A stretch of DNA of 64,000 nucleotides from Candidatus Moraniibacteriota bacterium (GTDB lineage: Bacteria > Patescibacteriota > Minisyncoccia > Moranbacterales > UBA1568): positions 10,039 through 74,038 of the forward strand of contig JAYTWI010000020.1 in the NCBI GenBank assembly GCA_043743535.1, given 5' to 3'. The notes beneath the pieces were generated by a model, which saw only the letters and a program-made list of their open reading frames with translations, did no database searches and was not told the DNA's origin. Shown here in pieces: positions 46,109 through 55,926 of the stretch; within the stretch, counting starts at the first letter, position 1; every line of letters begins with the position of its first letter. Made by a program: the position numbers and the translations under genes.

Positions 46109-47119
46109 ATGATTAATGCCACTACCGAAGTCCCGGAGGAACAAAGCCTCGATACGACACTCCGGCCACAAAATTTCACTGACTATATCGGCCAAGAAAA
46201 AATCAAACGTCATCTTGATATTTTTATTCAAGCGGCCAAAAAACGAAACGAAAATATCGACCACGTTTTGCTCTATGGTCCAGCTGGTTTAGGAAAGACC
46301 ACTCTGGCTCATATCATCGCCAAAGAAATGGGCGTCAACATCAAGGTCACCTCTGGCCCAGCCATTGAAAAAGTGGGTGACCTAGGCTCCATTCTCACCA
46401 ACCTGGAAGATGGTGATGTCTTGTTCATCGATGAAATTCACCGTTTGAACAAACTGATTGAAGAAGTATTATATCCAGCAATGGAAGACTACAAACTCGA
46501 TATCATCATCGGCAAAGGTCCGGCTGCTCGTACTATCCAGCTCGATCTGCCGCGTTTCACCTTGATCGGTGCTACCACACGCTTAGGGGCTCTTTCCAAT
46601 CCGCTCCGCAATCGCTTCGGTTCAACCCATCGGCTAGAATTTTATGCCCCAGAAGATATCGAAAAGATCGTTAAACGTTCGGCCAATATCCTCGACATCG
46701 GTCTCGACAGAGCTGGAGCCAAGGCCATTGCCACTTCCAGCCGCCAAACACCACGCGTAGCCAACCGTATCCTCAAACGTGTGCGTGACTATGCCTCGAT
46801 CAAAGACGCCACCACTATTAGTGAAGACCTCGCCAAAGAAGCTCTCACCCTCTACGAAATCGATCACCTCGGCCTAGAACCAACTGACCGACACATACTC
46901 GCCACCCTCATCCACAAATTCAGGGGCGGACCAGCCGGCATCCAAGCCCTCGCCGCCGTCACTGGTGAAGAAATTCAGACTATCGAAGACGTCTACGAAC
47001 CATACCTCATCCAGCTCGGATTTCTCGCCCGCACCCCCCGCGGCCGAGTGGTGACCGAAGCGGGTTTCACGCACCTCGGTCTCAAAATGCCCGCTGATCA
47101 TCAAGATAAATTATTGTAA
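46109..47119 (+). CDS. ruvB: Holliday junction ATP-dependent DNA helicase RuvB
   Basis: [22 protein letters not shown]…, plus sensor and arginine-finger regions typical of RuvB. Confidence 0.95.
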   Translation: MINATTEVPEEQSLDTTLRPQNFTDYIGQEKIKRHLDIFIQAAKKRNENIDHVLLYGPAGLGKTTLAHIIAKEMGVNIKVTSGPAIEKVGDLGSILTNLEDGDVLFIDEIHRLNKLIEEVLYPAMEDYKLDIIIGKGPAARTIQLDLPRFTLIGATTRLGALSNPLRNRFGSTHRLEFYAPEDIEKIVKRSANILDIGLDRAGAKAIATSSRQTPRVANRILKRVRDYASIKDATTISEDLAKEALTLYEIDHLGLEPTDRHILATLIHKFRGGPAGIQALAAVTGEEIQTIEDVYEPYLIQLGFLARTPRGRVVTEAGFTHLGLKMPADHQDKLL

Positions 47120-47131
47120 AAATTCACTACA

Positions 47132-47173
47132 AAAAAGAAAATCCCACATGACATTCCATGTGGGATATTTTTT
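47132..47173. terminator. bidirectional rho-independent terminator
   Basis: aaaaaagaaaATCCCACATGacattcCATGTGGGATatttttt. Confidence 0.7.
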
Positions 47174-47211
47174 AAGATACAGACTCAGGGAGATCCAGCA
47201 GCAGGAATAGT

Positions 47212-48042
47212 TCAGTTCTTGAGACCAATGCGGGTAACTAACCGCCGATCTTTCATACAACTCTCCGCATTTCTTGTAAATGCATATCGACTCACGTCCC
47301 ATTGCTTTTTTGTTTGCCGACTGAAGTAAACCACATCGACAGTTTTGGCTTCACCCTGTATAACCTCGACAAAAGCAAGGTTGCACGGATGAAAACAAGG
47401 ATTATTGCCAGGGAATGAGGCAAGGGCCATGTCAGACCCTGACGTTGCTAGATCGATAATTCCCTCAATGGCAGGAAGTGTCAGGGTATAGCCGCGTCTG
47501 ACCAGCAATTGCTGCAGCCAAGAATCAGGTGTTTCGTCAGATACCCCCAGTAACTCCGACGCCAACTGTGAATGGCTAGCCATACCTTTCATCTTGAACA
47601 CGCGAATTTTTCCGTTTGGCTGGCCAGGAAGGATGTCGGGCCATGAGATATACCGTTCATCCTTTATCGCTACTTCGAAGACGTTTGGATAACGCTTCTT
47701 ATTCGCAAAACAACTACTCAAAGTTTTTGCCGAGAAAGAAGGGATTCTCACATCCCTGAAATGCGCAAGAATGTCCTCTGTTCCAGCTGACCGCTGAAAC
47801 AGCTGCTGAATATCTTCGGTTGTATTGACTCCTGTTCGAAGGGTTCTATCACTGAGGCGGTGCAGAGTTTCCATGACATGGCTATATGACAAAGACGTCC
47901 CCACTTGCCCTGCCAACGATTGCATCCTGCGATAAAGTTTACCCAGTTGATCGTCGTCAATCTTATTCATCGCTATATCTCCTTGGTTAAAGAACTTGTT
48001 ATCCTCTTTTAAGGTAACAACACAGTATAGCCCATTTTTCAT
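47212..48042 (-). CDS. hypothetical protein
   Basis: ORF only. The start may be the internal MNKIDDD. Confidence 0.4.
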   Translation of the reverse strand: MKNGLYCVVTLKEDNKFFNQGDIAMNKIDDDQLGKLYRRMQSLAGQVGTSLSYSHVMETLHRLSDRTLRTGVNTTEDIQQLFQRSAGTEDILAHFRDVRIPSFSAKTLSSCFANKKRYPNVFEVAIKDERYISWPDILPGQPNGKIRVFKMKGMASHSQLASELLGVSDETPDSWLQQLLVRRGYTLTLPAIEGIIDLATSGSDMALASFPGNNPCFHPCNLAFVEVIQGEAKTVDVVYFSRQTKKQWDVSRYAFTRNAESCMKDRRLVTRIGLKN

Positions 48043-48179
48043 GAACTGTAAATAATAGGGTCATATTACTCAGTATTTATACCGTAGTATGTACATTTTT
48101 TGCTTTATTAATTGACTTTTTTGTCTCTATTTACTATAATTTATTTGTCGACCTTTTTACCGACATAATTATAAATAGC

Positions 48180-48911
48180 ATGGAATCCAGAAACCTTGAA
48201 GCCTTTGGCCTCACCGAAAAAGAATCTCGCGTTTACCTGGCTCTCCTAGAGCTTGGTGAGGCTACCATCGGCGCTATCGCCAAAAAATCCGCTATCAAGC
48301 GCACTACCCTCTACGATGTGGTCGAAAACCTGAAAAAGTCTGGTTTGGTGGGCAGTGTGAAAAAAGGCAAGAAGTCCCTCTACTTCGCCGAAGATCCCCG
48401 CACCCTTGAAGGAAAACTCGAAGAAAAGCGGGAATCTCTCCAAAAAATGCTCCCAGAACTCCTTTCCATTGCCAACTTCCTCGATAACAAGCCAAAAATC
48501 AGATTTTACGAAGGCAAAGAGGGTATCAAGGAAGTCTACAAAGACACCCTCAAGCACAAAGACCAAGAACTCTTGGCTTGGGTGTCCGAAGAGGCCGTTT
48601 CAGCTTTTGATCTTGAATTCTTGAGTAGCTATTATCTCCCTCGCCGAATTGAAAAAAAAATATGGGTGCGTGCCATCGCCCCCAAGCTTCCTTACATGGA
48701 GCAGTACCAGGGGGAAGATGTCGCGTCACTTCGCCGGACCAAACTCATCGACCCAGAAGACTTTCCTCTGCTTGTTGAAATTAACCTGTATGGCCGGAAT
48801 AAAATCGGCATCATGTCTTTTTCCGAGCAAACCAGCCTCATCATCGAAAGTGACCGCATCTTCCGCACGCTCAAAAGCATCTTCGAACACCAGTGGTCTT
48901 CACTTCATTGA
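48180..48911 (+). CDS. TrmB-family transcriptional regulator
   Basis: N-terminal wHTH …LTEKESRVYLALLELGEATIGAIAKKSAIKRTTLYDVVENLKKSGLV…. Confidence 0.7.
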   Translation: MESRNLEAFGLTEKESRVYLALLELGEATIGAIAKKSAIKRTTLYDVVENLKKSGLVGSVKKGKKSLYFAEDPRTLEGKLEEKRESLQKMLPELLSIANFLDNKPKIRFYEGKEGIKEVYKDTLKHKDQELLAWVSEEAVSAFDLEFLSSYYLPRRIEKKIWVRAIAPKLPYMEQYQGEDVASLRRTKLIDPEDFPLLVEINLYGRNKIGIMSFSEQTSLIIESDRIFRTLKSIFEHQWSSLH

Positions 48912-49210
48912 TTAGCGAAACCGCTTGGGAATCACCCCGGAGAGTGGTAAAATAAAGAAACGAAAATACCAAAAAATATTTATGTATCCATTCATTGGTT
49001 TGTTCTATACCTTTCTTTTTTTCAGTTACGTCACTACGGCTCTTTTTATTGTCTTCCATCTCTTACGCTACTCACTCAATCGTAAAATGGCTATCTTTAG
49101 CACACTCTTTTTTCTTTTCGTTTTTGCCTTTCTGCTCTTCACCAACGCCATGATTTTTTTCTCTTTGCCTTTAGACACGATTTTCCCCATTCACCTTTCA
49201 TTATAATTTT

Positions 49211-49813
49211 ATGCCCACTCTCCCCATCTTCAACCGTTTTCATTTCCAAGGTCAACACGAAAACGAGCAAGTGCAAAAGGTCATTCACCGCCATTGGTTC
49301 AATATCCTCGCCCATTTCGTGACCGTGCTTTTACTCACCTTCATTTTGATCGGCAGTCTAACTACTATCCCGGCCTACTTCCCCGATATGCTCGGGGCAC
49401 ACAACCCTGCTTTCTTTGCCTTCATCGAAACCACGCTCTTCATCTTCCTTTGGCTCTATGGATTCCTCGTATGGATCGACTACTTTTTTGATGTTTGGGT
49501 CATCACCAACGAACGTATCGTCAATATCGAACAGAGGGGGCTCTTTACTCGTGATATTAGCGAGCTACAATTTGAAAGCATCCAAGATGTTACTGCTTCC
49601 GTGAGCGGACTCATCCCGACGATGCTTAACTTCGGTGATGTCTCCGTGCAAACCGCCGCCGAACAAGAACGTTTCGTTTTCCGTCAGGTGCCTGATCCCT
49701 TCGCCGTCAAAGACGCCATTATGCAATTATCGCGCGACACTATCCGCGACGATATGGGTCTCATCGGCAATACGCTCCGCAACAAAGCGGCCGCAACCGA
49801 AAAAACTGCTTAG
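49211..49813 (+). CDS. membrane protein with bacterial PH (bPH_2/YdbS-like) domain
   Basis: Two TM helices, then …WVITNERIVNIEQRGLFTRDISELQFESIQDV…. Confidence 0.55.
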   Translation: MPTLPIFNRFHFQGQHENEQVQKVIHRHWFNILAHFVTVLLLTFILIGSLTTIPAYFPDMLGAHNPAFFAFIETTLFIFLWLYGFLVWIDYFFDVWVITNERIVNIEQRGLFTRDISELQFESIQDVTASVSGLIPTMLNFGDVSVQTAAEQERFVFRQVPDPFAVKDAIMQLSRDTIRDDMGLIGNTLRNKAAATEKTA

Positions 49814-49906
49814 AAGGAAGCGTGTTTCCTTTTTTCTGTCTTTCCGCTAGAATATCTTTTGACGCATATTTCTAAACGTCAGGTATTATCTTTTGATTTT
49901 CATCCT

Positions 49907-50626
49907 ATGTCAGGGCACTCTCACTGGGCCGGCATCAAACATCATAAAGGATTAAACGATGCTAAACGCGCCGCGGTTTTTACCAAGTATGGCCGCAACA
50001 TCATCATTGCTGCCGCCGCTCACGGAGGCAATCCTGATATCAACTACTCTTTGAAGATTGCTATCGATGCCGCTCGTACGGTCAATATGCCCAAAGACAA
50101 CATCGACCGAGCCATCAAGCGTGGCACTGGTGAACTAAAGGAAGGTAACCAGATTGAAGAACTCACCTACGAAGCCTATGGCCCAGGCCAAGTAGCGCTC
50201 ATCATCGAAACCGCTACCGACAGCAAGAATCGCACAGTGAGTGAGATAAAAAGTATCCTCACCAAAGGCAACGGCAAATTTGTTCCCACTGGCTCCGTGA
50301 GTTTTATGTTCCGCCGAATCGGGCTCATTACCTTTTCCCTGGAAAAATATGCAAGCGGAACTCTGGAGATGGAAACGCTCGAATCCGGGGCGGATGATTT
50401 TTTTGTCACCCCCGAAGTATTCGTCGTCATCACCGCTATTGATAAACTCCAGTCGGTAGAAGAATATTTCCGCCAGAAAAATCTCCTCTGTGAAAATGCC
50501 GCTCTCGGTTACATCCCCACCCAAACCGCTCGCCCGGCAGAAAAAGATATCCCTTCTTTGGAAAAATTGCTGGAGACTCTGGATGATCACCCAGACGTGC
50601 AGCGGGTGTGGGATAATAGGGAATAG
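49907..50626 (+). CDS. yebC: YebC/PmpR-family transcriptional regulator
   Basis: MSGHSHWAGIKHHKG…NIIIAAAAHGGNPDINYSLKIAIDAARTVNMPKDNIDRAIKRGTGE. Confidence 0.9.
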   Translation: MSGHSHWAGIKHHKGLNDAKRAAVFTKYGRNIIIAAAAHGGNPDINYSLKIAIDAARTVNMPKDNIDRAIKRGTGELKEGNQIEELTYEAYGPGQVALIIETATDSKNRTVSEIKSILTKGNGKFVPTGSVSFMFRRIGLITFSLEKYASGTLEMETLESGADDFFVTPEVFVVITAIDKLQSVEEYFRQKNLLCENAALGYIPTQTARPAEKDIPSLEKLLETLDDHPDVQRVWDNRE

Positions 50627-50627
50627 C

Positions 50628-50704
50628 TTATTACCAAACAAAGCGAGTGAAACAAAAGGGCACTTTTGTTTCCGAGCGAGTGCTGGTAAAATCAGGTGGA
50701 TATC
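50628..50704. repeat. 74-nt intergenic repeat element, copy B (inverted relative to 1744..1817)
   Basis: Reverse complement matches copy A at 72/74 nt. The differences are gtgcCc versus gtgcAc and gctTTg versus gctTCg. Confidence 0.8.
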
Positions 50705-50716
50705 TATTATTAGTAG

Positions 50717-50758
50717 AAAAAGAAGAAGCGTCGTAGGATTTCCCACGACGCTTTTTAA
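50717..50758. terminator. bidirectional rho-independent terminator
   Basis: aaaaagaagaAGCGTCGTaggatttcccACGACGCTtttt. Confidence 0.65.
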
Positions 50759-50776
50759 TTCTTCACTCCTTTCCTT

Positions 50777-51193
50777 TCACTCCTTGATGCGGATATGGAA
50801 AGGGTCAGGCTGCTCAAATGCCTCACAATGAGGGGAGATGGTCACGGTTGCTTCTCGCTCAAGCAAGCTCCCTTGTGAGCTCATTTCGCATCTGACTTCA
50901 AACCGTCGAAAAATGCTGATGTGCCCCTGAGCAGCCGACAGGCGCTTTACTTTCGGCGTCTTGCCTGAGATGAGGTAAAGTTCCCATATCTGGCTCGTAC
51001 GGAGGTAGACTAACAGGACACGCGTCACCAGAATGAGATCTCCTTTGTAGAGGATTTGGTGGTTATCCGCTCGAGCATCTCCGCCCGGAGCGGGGAGAAG
51101 TGCAAACACTTCGCGATCAGTAGCTTGCTTGGCCCAGGCTGGGTCGAGTGCGTCAATCTCGATCACTTGCTTCTCTTTCATCACAAACTCCAA
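50777..51193 (-). CDS. hypothetical protein
   Basis: ORF only. Confidence 0.4.
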   Translation of the reverse strand: MEFVMKEKQVIEIDALDPAWAKQATDREVFALLPAPGGDARADNHQILYKGDLILVTRVLLVYLRTSQIWELYLISGKTPKVKRLSAAQGHISIFRRFEVRCEMSSQGSLLEREATVTISPHCEAFEQPDPFHIRIKE

Positions 51194-51379
51194 CCCGGAT
51201 GCCGCCGGAAACGGTGAGCGTGCTTGCTCATTTTTTTTAAAGAACTTTACAGTATACTCTATTGTTGTATATTTGTCAACTGTTTTATGGCTTTATTTAA
51301 AATGTTTTATTGATATATTTTCATTATTTGTTGACTCTATACCAACAACATGTTAAAATAAGGGAAGAAAAGCCATGTT

Positions 51380-52165
51380 ATGGAGGAACTGTTCCGAAAA
51401 CTGGGATTGAATGATAACGAACGCGAGGTCTATCTCGCAGTTTTAAAAGCGGGGAAAATCGCTCCTTATCAGGTTGCCAAAATAACCAGCATCAATCGCA
51501 CCACTGTCTACTCTGTGGCCAAAAAACTGGTAAAAATGGGCTTGGTCGTACAAGATCTAGGGCAAAAAGTGAATTACCTCGTCGCTACTTCTCCAGAAAA
51601 ACTGGTAACTGTCTTCGAACGTGAAGAAAAGAAACTCACTGAAAAGAAAAATGTAGCCAAAGAGCTAGCCAAAGAGCTTTCAAGCCTCACGAGCGAAAAA
51701 CACTATTCCGTCCCCCGTATCCGCTTTATTGAAGAGGCACAGATTGAAGAGTATCTGTATGAAGCCTACCCGCGCTGGGCAGAGAATGTAGCCGCGAACG
51801 ATAATGTCTGGAGAGGTTTCCAGGATGATTCATTTACCAGCCACTATGAAAAATGGATTAATTGGACTTGGCAATTCTCGAAAGAAAACATTCGGACTGA
51901 GATATTCTTCAACCGGGCAGAAATTGAGAAAAAACTTTTCGAGAAGCATCCCTCACGAAAAATACGTTTGCTTCCAGAAAATATTGCCTTTGATTCAAAT
52001 TTCTGGGTCGCTGGGGATTATCTCATTATGGCTCAAACACGGGTTCGACCACACTACTTAGTGGAAATTCACGATGCCGTCTTGGCGCGTAACCAGCGCG
52101 AACTTTTTCGTGGGCTATGGCAACTGGCTCCGGAAAGTGAAACCACTAAACAATCCGTCCTATGA
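51380..52165 (+). CDS. TrmB-family transcriptional regulator (paralogue of 48180..48911)
   Basis: …NDNEREVYLAVLKAGKIAPYQVAKITSINRTTVYSVAKKLVKMGLV…. Confidence 0.65.
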   Translation: MEELFRKLGLNDNEREVYLAVLKAGKIAPYQVAKITSINRTTVYSVAKKLVKMGLVVQDLGQKVNYLVATSPEKLVTVFEREEKKLTEKKNVAKELAKELSSLTSEKHYSVPRIRFIEEAQIEEYLYEAYPRWAENVAANDNVWRGFQDDSFTSHYEKWINWTWQFSKENIRTEIFFNRAEIEKKLFEKHPSRKIRLLPENIAFDSNFWVAGDYLIMAQTRVRPHYLVEIHDAVLARNQRELFRGLWQLAPESETTKQSVL

Positions 52166-52659
52166 AAATCCTTGGTATTGACCCGGGCACGGCGACAGTG
52201 GGCTGGGGCATCATCGAAATTATTAAAGGAAAAACCACTTCCATGGCTTTCGGACATATCAGCACCTCCAAGGATCTGGCAATGGAAAAACGTTTGACCG
52301 AAATTGCCACCGACCTCAGGAACATCATCCAGAAATACCAGCCCGAAGAGGCGGCCGTGGAGGAACTCTTCTTCTTCAAGAACCAAAAAACCATCATTTC
52401 CGTCGCCCAGGCAAGGGGCGTTATTCTCTTGACTTTAGAGTCTTTACGTGTTAGTATTGCTGGCTACACTCCCCTTGAAGTGAAGCAAGCTCTGACCAAT
52501 TATGGGCGAGCAGACAAGTCCCAGGTACAACTGATGGTCAAGGCTCTCCTCAAGCTCCCGAGCATACCCAAACCCGATGATACAGCTGATGCCTTAGCAG
52601 TAGCACTGTGTCATGCGAGCCGCCGGAAGATGGAGGCCGTGAAGAACAGAACATCCTGA
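52162..52659 (+). CDS. ruvC: crossover junction endodeoxyribonuclease RuvC
   Basis: MKILGIDPGTATVGWGIIE… 4-nt overlap with the upstream gene. Confidence 0.9.
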   Translation: MKILGIDPGTATVGWGIIEIIKGKTTSMAFGHISTSKDLAMEKRLTEIATDLRNIIQKYQPEEAAVEELFFFKNQKTIISVAQARGVILLTLESLRVSIAGYTPLEVKQALTNYGRADKSQVQLMVKALLKLPSIPKPDDTADALAVALCHASRRKMEAVKNRTS

Positions 52660-52701
52660 TACTTTCTCTTGTTCCTAATCCATACTTCATAATTCATCAC
52701 T

Positions 52702-53361
52702 ATGCACTACCATCCCCTCATCAACTTCATTGTTGAACAAGGCGTGCCACTCCAGACGGTCACGCTCCTTTTAATGCTTCCTATTGTCGTCACTCTGGTT
52801 GCTTTTTTTCGCCAAATTGTCGGTATTAAGGCCTTCGGCATCTACACCCCCTCCATCATCACCTTTGCTCTCTTGGCCTTTGACCCCAATGGCCTCAAGT
52901 ACGGCATCGCCATTTTTGTCAGTGTCATCGTGGTGGGAATGATTTCGCGCCTCATTATGAAGCAATTCCGTTTGCTCTATCTGCCGCGTGTCGCCATGAC
53001 CGTCTCCATCATCTCGCTCTCCATCTTGTTGGTTCTGGTAGTCGGCGGGATGTTCCAACGCACGGGATTGGCGGCAGTCTCCATTTTTCCTCTCCTCATT
53101 ATGATTACGCTCGCGGAAAAATTCGTAGCTGCCCAAATCGAAAAAGGCAACCGCGTGGCTTTTATTCTCGCCGCGGAAACACTCATCATTTCCGTCGTCG
53201 GTTATTTTTTAGTCAGCTGGCATTTCCTCACGACACTCGTCCTGCAATTTCCTTGGCTTATTCTTTTTACCTTTCTCATCAATTTCTCGCTGGGGAAATG
53301 GACGGGCTTGCGTATCACCGAATACCTACGCTTCCGCAAAATTATTAGCCACCTTCAATAA
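52702..53361 (+). CDS. 7TM membrane protein (7TM_transglut-like, without transglutaminase domain)
   Basis: About 7 predicted TM helices. Immediately upstream of the RimK-like ATP-grasp gene. Confidence 0.55.
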   Translation: MHYHPLINFIVEQGVPLQTVTLLLMLPIVVTLVAFFRQIVGIKAFGIYTPSIITFALLAFDPNGLKYGIAIFVSVIVVGMISRLIMKQFRLLYLPRVAMTVSIISLSILLVLVVGGMFQRTGLAAVSIFPLLIMITLAEKFVAAQIEKGNRVAFILAAETLIISVVGYFLVSWHFLTTLVLQFPWLILFTFLINFSLGKWTGLRITEYLRFRKIISHLQ

Positions 53362-53405
53362 TCACCTTCCCTTTTTCTAATGTATTTTTTACCTTTCGTC
53401 TTCTG

Positions 53406-54812
53406 ATGTTTCATCGTATGTTCGATTTCTTCCAGAAAAGCAGCCGAATTTTGGGAATGAATGCCCGCAATCTTGACTATATCCGCCCCCATAACCGCAA
53501 GCGCGGGATGGAATTGGCCGACAACAAACTGCTGTGCAAACGCGCCCTCAAGAAAAACAACCTGGGTGTGCCAGACCTGATTGCAAAAATTAAAACGCAC
53601 GCGGAGTTGGATAGTTTTGATTGGACTCTGTTACCCAACAGCTTTGCTCTCAAGCCGAATCGTGGATTTGGCGGTGAAGGAATCCTTGTCGTCTATGGAC
53701 GGAAGAAAAATGGCGAACCGACGTGGATCAAAGCCGATGGTTCAACCATCACTATTGATGATTTAAAAACACACATCCGCAACATTCTCGATGGCTCATA
53801 TTCCCTAGCTAACACTCCAGATATCGCTTTCTTCGAAGAACGACTGAGACTTTTGAAACTCTTTAAACCCTATTCCTACAAAGGCATTCCCGACATCCGG
53901 GTCATCGTTTTCAATCAAGTACCCGTCATGGCCATGCTTCGCCTCCCTACTCGTGCTTCCGATGGCAAAGCCAACCTGCAGCAAGGCGCGGTCGGGGTCG
54001 GTATCGATCTCGCTACTGGCACCACCACGACGGCCATTTTAGGCAAGGGTCACCTCATCGAATACGCCCCCGGCACCCGCCTCGTGCTCTCGGGTATCAA
54101 GATTCCTTATTGGAAAGAAATTTTGCGGATGTCTGTCGAGGCACAGCGACTCTCAGGCCTTGGCTTCCTCGGAGCCGACATCTGTATCGATCGCGAACGT
54201 GGACCGGTCATCCTAGAACTCAACGCTCGCCCGGGCCTCTCCATCCAACTGGCTAACCTAGCCGGTCTGAAAGAACGTCTGCGCCGCGTGTCGGGATTAA
54301 AAATCAAAACAACCGAACGCGGGATGCGAGTGGGAATGAATCTTTTCGGAGGCGAGATCGAGGAAGAGATCGAGGAACTCTCCGGCAAGCGCGTCATTGG
54401 CAGCATCGAAAAAATCAAGCTCATCGGCAAAGAGGGAAAAGAAATTGAAGTGGAGGCCAAAATCGACACCGGCGCCGACTCCACCGCCATCGATAGCGAG
54501 CTAGCCAAAGAACTCGGTTTTATGGAGACACTTCGCCTCTTCGAAGAAAAAGTGGCTGGACGAGACGTAATGAAAGAAATGACCAAAGAAGAACGCGAAG
54601 TTTTATTTACCGATATTCCTGGACTCACTGACACTCGAGCAGTTAAATCCTCGCACGGTTATTCCTACCGCCCAGTCATCCTGATTGATCTTGTTATCGA
54701 TACCTTTCTCATTCCCGCTAAAGTTTCCGTTATTGATCGTTCACACCTCGAATATCCAGTGATTGTCGGGCGGAAGCATCTACGAAAATTTCTCATCGAC
54801 GTCAACAAATAG
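53406..54812 (+). CDS. RimK-like ATP-grasp (alpha-L-glutamate-ligase-related) fused to retropepsin-like DTGA aspartic peptidase (DUF785)
   Basis: N-terminus …RILGMNARNLDYIRPHN… (alpha-L-glutamate ligase-related N-terminus) and ATP-grasp core. C-terminus …EVEAKIDTGADSTAID… (DTGA active site). Confidence 0.75.
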   Translation: MFHRMFDFFQKSSRILGMNARNLDYIRPHNRKRGMELADNKLLCKRALKKNNLGVPDLIAKIKTHAELDSFDWTLLPNSFALKPNRGFGGEGILVVYGRKKNGEPTWIKADGSTITIDDLKTHIRNILDGSYSLANTPDIAFFEERLRLLKLFKPYSYKGIPDIRVIVFNQVPVMAMLRLPTRASDGKANLQQGAVGVGIDLATGTTTTAILGKGHLIEYAPGTRLVLSGIKIPYWKEILRMSVEAQRLSGLGFLGADICIDRERGPVILELNARPGLSIQLANLAGLKERLRRVSGLKIKTTERGMRVGMNLFGGEIEEEIEELSGKRVIGSIEKIKLIGKEGKEIEVEAKIDTGADSTAIDSELAKELGFMETLRLFEEKVAGRDVMKEMTKEEREVLFTDIPGLTDTRAVKSSHGYSYRPVILIDLVIDTFLIPAKVSVIDRSHLEYPVIVGRKHLRKFLIDVNK

Positions 54813-54846
54813 CCGTGCCCTTTTTTATTTTTTATCTCATCCTTTT

Positions 54847-55836
54847 ATGGAAATCCAAGAATACATTCAACGAATCAAACATGGCGGCTTCAAATCCTTT
54901 GTAAAAAAAGTTGTCGAGTTAAAAATCCCGGTAGAAGTGATTCACGGTAAAAATACCCTACTCAAACTGGAACACAGCAAAAAAATCATTTTCTGTTATA
55001 AAGGAAACCTGCCTGTGTATCGAAGAATGGGCAACCTAACAAAAAACAAACAAGTAACTAAAACAGTCCTCACCGCTTTCGGCATCGCCACCCCACGCGG
55101 AGTCATTGCTACCTCACTTGTTGAAGGTCTACGACTAACGAAGGAAGCGGCTCTGAAATATCCCCTTATCTGTAAACCAGTAGATGGCTCACTGGCCAAA
55201 GGTGTCACTTGGGATATTGCCTCCCCCCAAGAACTCCGAGCAGCGGTGGCACACGCCAAGAACGCCTACGGAAAACGACCTCGCTCCCAATTTCTCATCG
55301 AAGAAATGTTTGTGGCAGATGAATACCGAGTATTGGTTTTCAACGGAAAGGTGCTTTCATGTGTGCAAAAAATTTCAGCCGGGATTGCTGGCGATGGACA
55401 CTCAACCATCCAAGAGCTGATTGAAACCTTCAACAAAAAACGCACCCCCGGTTTTGAAATCCGCCTCGACAAGGTCGCCAAAGAAACACTCAAAAGGCAC
55501 CTCCTCACTCTCGAAACCATACTACCCAAAGGACGCTTCTTCAAACTGCGGAATAATCTCAATATGTCTGACGGGGGGCGAGCCATCGACTGTACCCAAA
55601 AAATGCACCCCTATTTCAAAGATGTGGTGGTACGTGCCACCGATGCCGTCGGGCTGACGTACGGCGGAATTGATTTTTTCGCGGACGACATCACCTCGCC
55701 CAAAAGTAAATACATCGTGCTCGAAATTAATCCCAATCCTTTCTACAATATGCACGAGAAACCACTTGTTGAGGGAAAAGGTGTCGATGTCTCAAGCATC
55801 ATTCTCAAAAGTATTTTCCCAAATCTAAAGGCCTAA
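54847..55836 (+). CDS. cyanophycin-synthetase-like ATP-grasp domain protein (no Mur-ligase domain)
   Basis: …LICKPVDGSLAKGV…EYRVLVFNGKV…AGIAGDGHSTIQELIE…NLNMSDGGRAIDCT…GIDFFADDITSP… resembles the CphA N-terminal ATP-grasp region. Confidence 0.7.
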   Translation: MEIQEYIQRIKHGGFKSFVKKVVELKIPVEVIHGKNTLLKLEHSKKIIFCYKGNLPVYRRMGNLTKNKQVTKTVLTAFGIATPRGVIATSLVEGLRLTKEAALKYPLICKPVDGSLAKGVTWDIASPQELRAAVAHAKNAYGKRPRSQFLIEEMFVADEYRVLVFNGKVLSCVQKISAGIAGDGHSTIQELIETFNKKRTPGFEIRLDKVAKETLKRHLLTLETILPKGRFFKLRNNLNMSDGGRAIDCTQKMHPYFKDVVVRATDAVGLTYGGIDFFADDITSPKSKYIVLEINPNPFYNMHEKPLVEGKGVDVSSIILKSIFPNLKA

Positions 55837-55926
55837 ATTCATTCAGTAGCACAATAAAAAGGAGGTTTCGGCTTCTCTTTTCCCCCATTTCGTGCTATAC
55901 AATAGAGATACTCCTGTTATTACTGT

